Origin: an uncultured Bifidobacteriaceae bacterium
GTDB taxonomy: Bacteria; Actinomycetota; Actinomycetes; S36-B12
Assembly: GCA_964597445.1 (NCBI GenBank)
Contig: CAZQXO010000008.1
Span: forward strand, 1 to 61,241
Direction: 5' to 3'
Length of the DNA stretch: 61,241 nt
Shown: positions 57,448 through 61,241 of the stretch, piece by piece
Layout of the letters: each line of letters opens with the position of its first letter
How positions within the stretch are numbered: the first letter of the stretch is position 1
Translations under genes and position numbers: made by a program
Notes under the pieces: model-generated
Seen by the model: the letters and a program-made list of their open reading frames with translations, nothing else
Told to the model about the DNA's origin: nothing
The model's database searches: none

Positions 57448-58280
57448 GGGGTCTCAGCTCCCCCGGCCGGAGCCCCACCCTCGGCGATGAGGGCGCGGAG
57501 CGCAGCATCGTCCGCCAGTGTCGGCGTGGGCACCTCGACGCCATCGAGGAGGCCGAACGGCGTGCCCCCGATACCGCTCAGCGAGAAGGTCGCCCCGCTG
57601 CTGCGCGCCCAGTCGAGGTACGTGCCGTCGGCCACGCACGTGGTGAAGGTGTCGAGGTCGGCACCCGTGACACCCGACTGCTCGGCCAGGGCGATCAACT
57701 GCTCGTTCGTCCAGCCCTGCCCCTCCTCGGCGGGCAGGTTGGCGTAGAGGGCGTCGTGGTACTCCTTGGTCCGTCCGGCGTCCATCGCGCAGCCCCAGGC
57801 GGCCGTCGCGCGGGATGAGGACGCAGCCACCGCGGGGTCGCCTCCCTCGTTCACCCGGTCCAGGAACGTTGCCGGACGCCAGATGAGGCGCACCGTGCCC
57901 TCCTCCGCCAGCGCGGCGATGCCTGCTCCGTTCGCCGCTTCGACCGAGGCGCAGGCGGGGCACTGGAAGTCCTCCCACACCTCCAGCACCGGAGCATCCG
58001 CGGCCGCCGTGCCGTAGGGCACCCCGAAGGCGTACTCGTCGTCAGGGCCCAGGACCCCGGCCGGGAGCGCTGCACCCTCCACCACGGTGGGCTCGCCGGC
58101 CACCGTGGACTCGGAGGATCCCCGTGCGACCAGCGCGACGGCGATGATGCCCACCACGACGATGAGCACCGTGGCCCCGCCGATGATCCGCACCGTGCGC
58201 TCCCGACGACGCTCCTGCGACTGCGCGGCATCCCTCGCCGCCGCCGCACGCTGCCGACGATCCTTGCCCGACTCGCTCAT
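57444..58280 (-). CDS. membrane-anchored DsbA-family thiol:disulfide oxidoreductase
   Basis: 278 aa. Basic N-terminus, one TM helix (GGATVLIVVVGIIAVALV), and a thioredoxin-fold domain with WEDFQCPACA. GAGGGAG Shine-Dalgarno. Confidence 0.75.
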   Translation of the reverse strand: MSESGKDRRQRAAAARDAAQSQERRRERTVRIIGGATVLIVVVGIIAVALVARGSSESTVAGEPTVVEGAALPAGVLGPDDEYAFGVPYGTAAADAPVLEVWEDFQCPACASVEAANGAGIAALAEEGTVRLIWRPATFLDRVNEGGDPAVAASSSRATAAWGCAMDAGRTKEYHDALYANLPAEEGQGWTNEQLIALAEQSGVTGADLDTFTTCVADGTYLDWARSSGATFSLSGIGGTPFGLLDGVEVPTPTLADDAALRALIAEGGAPAGGAETP

Positions 58281-58385
58281 GCCTCTCCCTCACGGTCTCG
58301 TGCGTCCGGTACGTGGCATCCCCGCCTCGAGACCGATCACGCACGCGCGTCCCGACATCCTGCCATTCCATGCCGCGGACCGCTG

Positions 58386-59186
58386 TCAGCCCCCTCGGAC
58401 CCCCGCGGCCAGTTCGCGGGCAAGCGACTGCACCTGCGCCCGGGCCTCCTCCGGCGTCTCGGCCTGGAGGATGCGGCGCACGAAGGCCGAGCCCACGATG
58501 ACGCCATCGGCGTAGCCGGCGACCTCCGCCGCCTGGGCACCGGTCGAGACGCCCAGGCCGACCGCGATCGGCAGGTCGGTGAACTCCCGGGCTCGCCGCA
58601 CGAGCTCAGGCGCCGCCGAGCTGACCTGGCTGCGGGCGCCCGTGACGCCCATGGTCGATGCCGCATACAGGAAACCGGAGGTGACCGCCGCGACCTGGCC
58701 GATGCGGACATCCGTCGACGACGGCGCCACGAGGAACACGCGATCCAGCCCCTGGGCGGTCGTCGCGGAGATCCACGGACCCGCCTCCTCCGGGGTGAGG
58801 TCGGGGGTGATCACGCCATGGCCGCCCGACTCCGCGAGCCGCTGAGCGAATCGCTCGACCCCGTAGCGCTCGATCGGGTTCCAGTAGGTCATGACCACCG
58901 CGGTCGTCCCCGCATCGCTCACCTGACGCACCACATCGAGGACGACGTCGGTCGTGGTCGCCCCACGCAGAGCCAGCTCGACCGCGGACTGGATGTCGGG
59001 GCCGTCCATCAGCGGATCCGAGTAGGGCAGGCCGACCTCGACGATGTCGACTCCACCCGCGACCATCGCCGCGATCATCTCGACCGACTGCTCGGCTGTC
59101 GGAAAGCCAGCCGGCAGGTAGCCGATCAGGGCGGCACGACCCTCGGCCCTCGCCTGTGCGAAGACCTCGGTCAGCGATCGACTCAC
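58386..59186 (-). CDS. trpA: tryptophan synthase alpha chain
   Basis: (M)[28 protein letters not shown]... and [19 protein letters not shown] at 59186 overlaps the trpB stop (GTGA). Confidence 0.95.
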   Translation of the reverse strand: MSRSLTEVFAQARAEGRAALIGYLPAGFPTAEQSVEMIAAMVAGGVDIVEVGLPYSDPLMDGPDIQSAVELALRGATTTDVVLDVVRQVSDAGTTAVVMTYWNPIERYGVERFAQRLAESGGHGVITPDLTPEEAGPWISATTAQGLDRVFLVAPSSTDVRIGQVAAVTSGFLYAASTMGVTGARSQVSSAAPELVRRAREFTDLPIAVGLGVSTGAQAAEVAGYADGVIVGSAFVRRILQAETPEEARAQVQSLARELAAGVRGG

Positions 59187-60400
59187 GTCCGCGCACCGCC
59201 ATCGCCGCCACGGTCGAGTCGGAAGTACTCGGCGGCCGTCGCGACGTCCTTGTCGCCGCGGCCGGAGAGATTCACGAGGATGACCGCCTCGGGACCGAGC
59301 TCGCGCCCGAGGCGCATGGCTCCGGCGAGGGCGTGAGCGGTCTCGATCGCCGGAATGATGCCCTCGGTCCGGCACAGGAGCTCGAACGCCGCCATCGCCT
59401 CGGCGTCATCCACCGGCTCGTAGACCGCACGCCCGGTGTCGTGGAGCCACGCATGCTCAGGACCCACACCCGGGTAGTCCAGACCCGCGGAGATCGAGTG
59501 CGAGGGCATGGTCTGCCCCCACTCGTCCTGCATCACGTAGGTGCGGGCGCCGTGGAGCACGCCGGGGCTGCCGGCAGCGAAGCGTGAGGCATGGCGACCC
59601 GTCTCGACCCCGTCACCGCCGGCCTCGTACCCGCGCACGAGCACGTCGGGGTCGCCGAGGAACGCACTGAACAGCCCGATGGCGTTCGACCCCCCACCCA
59701 CGCAGGCCACTACGGCGTCGGGGAGGCGACCCTCCACCTCAAGGATCTGCTCGCGCGCCTCGCGCCCGATCACCTCGTGGAAGTGGCGGACCATGCGCGG
59801 GAAGGGCGCGGGGCCGGTGACGGTGCCCAGCACGTAGTGCGTGGTGTCGACCGTGGTGACCCAGTCCCGCATCGCCTCGTTGATCGCATCCTTCAGGGTG
59901 CGACTGCCAACCGTGACGGGCACGACCTCAGCGCCGAGAAGCTGCATGCGCGCCACATTCAGCGCCTGGCGGCGGGTGTCCTCCTCGCCCATGTACACGA
60001 TGCACTCGAGGCCCATGAGAGCCGCGGCCGTCGCCGTAGCGACGCCGTGCTGTCCCGCTCCGGTCTCGGCGATGACCCTGCGCTTGCCCATGCGTCGCGT
60101 GAGGAGCGCCTGGCCGAGGACGTTGTTGATCTTGTGCGAGCCGGTGTGGTTGAGGTCCTCGCGCTTGAGATAGATCCGAGCACCGCCGCACTCCTGGGAG
60201 AACCGACGGGCGGGGGTCAGAGGGCTGGGTCGGCCGGTGTAGGTGCGCTCGAGCTCAGCCAGCTCCGCACCGAAGGCGGGATCGGCGAGCGCAGCATCGA
60301 AGGCCGCCTGCAGCTCATCCAGCGCCGCCGTCAGCGCCTCGGGGACGAAGCGGCCTCCGTAGGGGCCGAAATGCCCGGTGGGGATGTCGATCAGCGTCAT
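59183..60400 (-). CDS. trpB: tryptophan synthase beta chain
   Basis: [13 protein letters not shown] and PLP-Lys context [11 protein letters not shown]. 405 aa. Confidence 0.97.
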   Translation of the reverse strand: MTLIDIPTGHFGPYGGRFVPEALTAALDELQAAFDAALADPAFGAELAELERTYTGRPSPLTPARRFSQECGGARIYLKREDLNHTGSHKINNVLGQALLTRRMGKRRVIAETGAGQHGVATATAAALMGLECIVYMGEEDTRRQALNVARMQLLGAEVVPVTVGSRTLKDAINEAMRDWVTTVDTTHYVLGTVTGPAPFPRMVRHFHEVIGREAREQILEVEGRLPDAVVACVGGGSNAIGLFSAFLGDPDVLVRGYEAGGDGVETGRHASRFAAGSPGVLHGARTYVMQDEWGQTMPSHSISAGLDYPGVGPEHAWLHDTGRAVYEPVDDAEAMAAFELLCRTEGIIPAIETAHALAGAMRLGRELGPEAVILVNLSGRGDKDVATAAEYFRLDRGGDGGART

Positions 60401-61221
60401 CTCTCGTCCGTCCAGCCGCGTCCATGCCGCAGGGCCGGGTGGGCTCCTGCCGTGACCAGGTCGTGCACCGCCGCGCGGGGATCCTTGCCCGTGACGAGGC
60501 TCTCCCCCACGAGGACGGCATCGGCGCCCGCCTCGGCGTACACGATGAGATCCCGCGCATCTCGCACGCCGGACTCGGCGATCTTGAGGACCGAGTCAGG
60601 TATGCGAGGGGCCACCCGCGCGAAGGTCCCGCGATCGACCTCGAGGGTCTTGAGGCTGCGAGCATTCACGCCGATCACCGTGGCGCCCGCCTCGACAGCC
60701 CGATCGACCTCGGGCTCGTCATGCACCTCGACCAGCGGCGTCAGCCCCAGGCTCCTCGTGCGCTCGACGAGACTCACGAGGGCCTCCTGATCGAGCGCCG
60801 CCACGATCAGGAGGACGACGTCGGCGCCATAGGCCTTCGCCTCCCAGAGCTGGTAGCTGGTGACGATGAAGTCCTTGCGTAGGACGGGGATGTCGACCGC
60901 TGCACGCACCTCGGCGAGGTCGGCCAGCGATCCGCCGAACCGCCGCTGTTCCGTCAGGACGCTGATGCAGTGCGCGCCGCCGGCCTCGTACTCTCGAGCG
61001 AGGGCAGCCGGGTTGGCGATCTCCGCCAGCACACCCTTGCTCGGACTGGACCGCTTCACCTCGGCGATGACACAGACATCGTCGCCTCGCAGGACGGCCT
61101 CGAAGTCACGTGCCGGTGGCACCGAGGACGCTCGTCCCTTCAGCTCCTCCAGCGGCACTGTCGCCATGCGATCGGCGACGTCGCTTCGGACGCCCTCGAC
61201 GATGTCGTCCAGCACGGTCAC
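60397..61221 (-). CDS. trpC: indole-3-glycerol phosphate synthase
   Basis: [20 protein letters not shown], and a C-terminal ESG...LVGE-like segment. 274 aa. Confidence 0.95.
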   Translation of the reverse strand: MTVLDDIVEGVRSDVADRMATVPLEELKGRASSVPPARDFEAVLRGDDVCVIAEVKRSSPSKGVLAEIANPAALAREYEAGGAHCISVLTEQRRFGGSLADLAEVRAAVDIPVLRKDFIVTSYQLWEAKAYGADVVLLIVAALDQEALVSLVERTRSLGLTPLVEVHDEPEVDRAVEAGATVIGVNARSLKTLEVDRGTFARVAPRIPDSVLKIAESGVRDARDLIVYAEAGADAVLVGESLVTGKDPRAAVHDLVTAGAHPALRHGRGWTDER

Positions 61222-61241
61222 CTGCCCAGCGTAGCCACGCA

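Overview
Very GC-rich chromosomal core region of a high-GC Gram-positive bacterium (Actinomycetota). Gene order matches the housekeeping synteny blocks I know from Mycobacterium and Corynebacterium. I call 58 protein-coding genes, 55 on the minus strand, with at least 25 junctions where stop and start codons overlap (ATGA, GTGA, TGATG). Inferred transcription units on the minus strand, from high to low coordinates: trpC-trpB-trpA; DsbA-like oxidoreductase-lgt; gltB-gltD; pyk; pyrR-pyrB-pyrC-(membrane ORF)-carA-carB-pyrK-pyrD-pyrF-mihF-gmk-rpoZ-coaBC; metK; priA; def-fmt-rsmB; a ~7 kb sugar-catabolic accessory block (SorC regulator, split transketolase, GlpK-like FGGY kinase, xylose-isomerase-like TIM barrel, and a divergent ROK kinase + IMPase-family phosphatase on the plus strand); rpe-ribD-ribE-ribBA-ribH; hisE-hisG-SseB-like; infC-rpmI-rplT-TrmH-like-(orphan ORF)-cysD-cysNC-pheS-pheT; argC-argJ-argB-argD-argR-argH-VanZ-like. 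Cis-regulatory elements read from the sequence: a SAM-IV-type riboswitch upstream of metK, a PyrR-binding RNA hairpin overlapping the pyrR ribosome-binding site, an ARG-box-like perfect palindrome over the argC promoter, a likely AUC start for infC, and a recurring leaderless-promoter layout (TANNNT 6-7 nt from the start codon, no Shine-Dalgarno) at six operon heads. I found no rRNA, tRNA, CRISPR array, transposase, integrase, or recognisable defence or toxin system. Most long ORFs in the track that lie antisense to these genes are GC-driven shadow ORFs. I see no convincing entirely new system. The best leads are the sugar island that interrupts the conserved rsmB-rpe junction, and the orphan HxD...H protein inserted with cysD-cysNC upstream of pheST. 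All family assignments come from motif and pattern recognition by eye and need HMM or BLAST confirmation.
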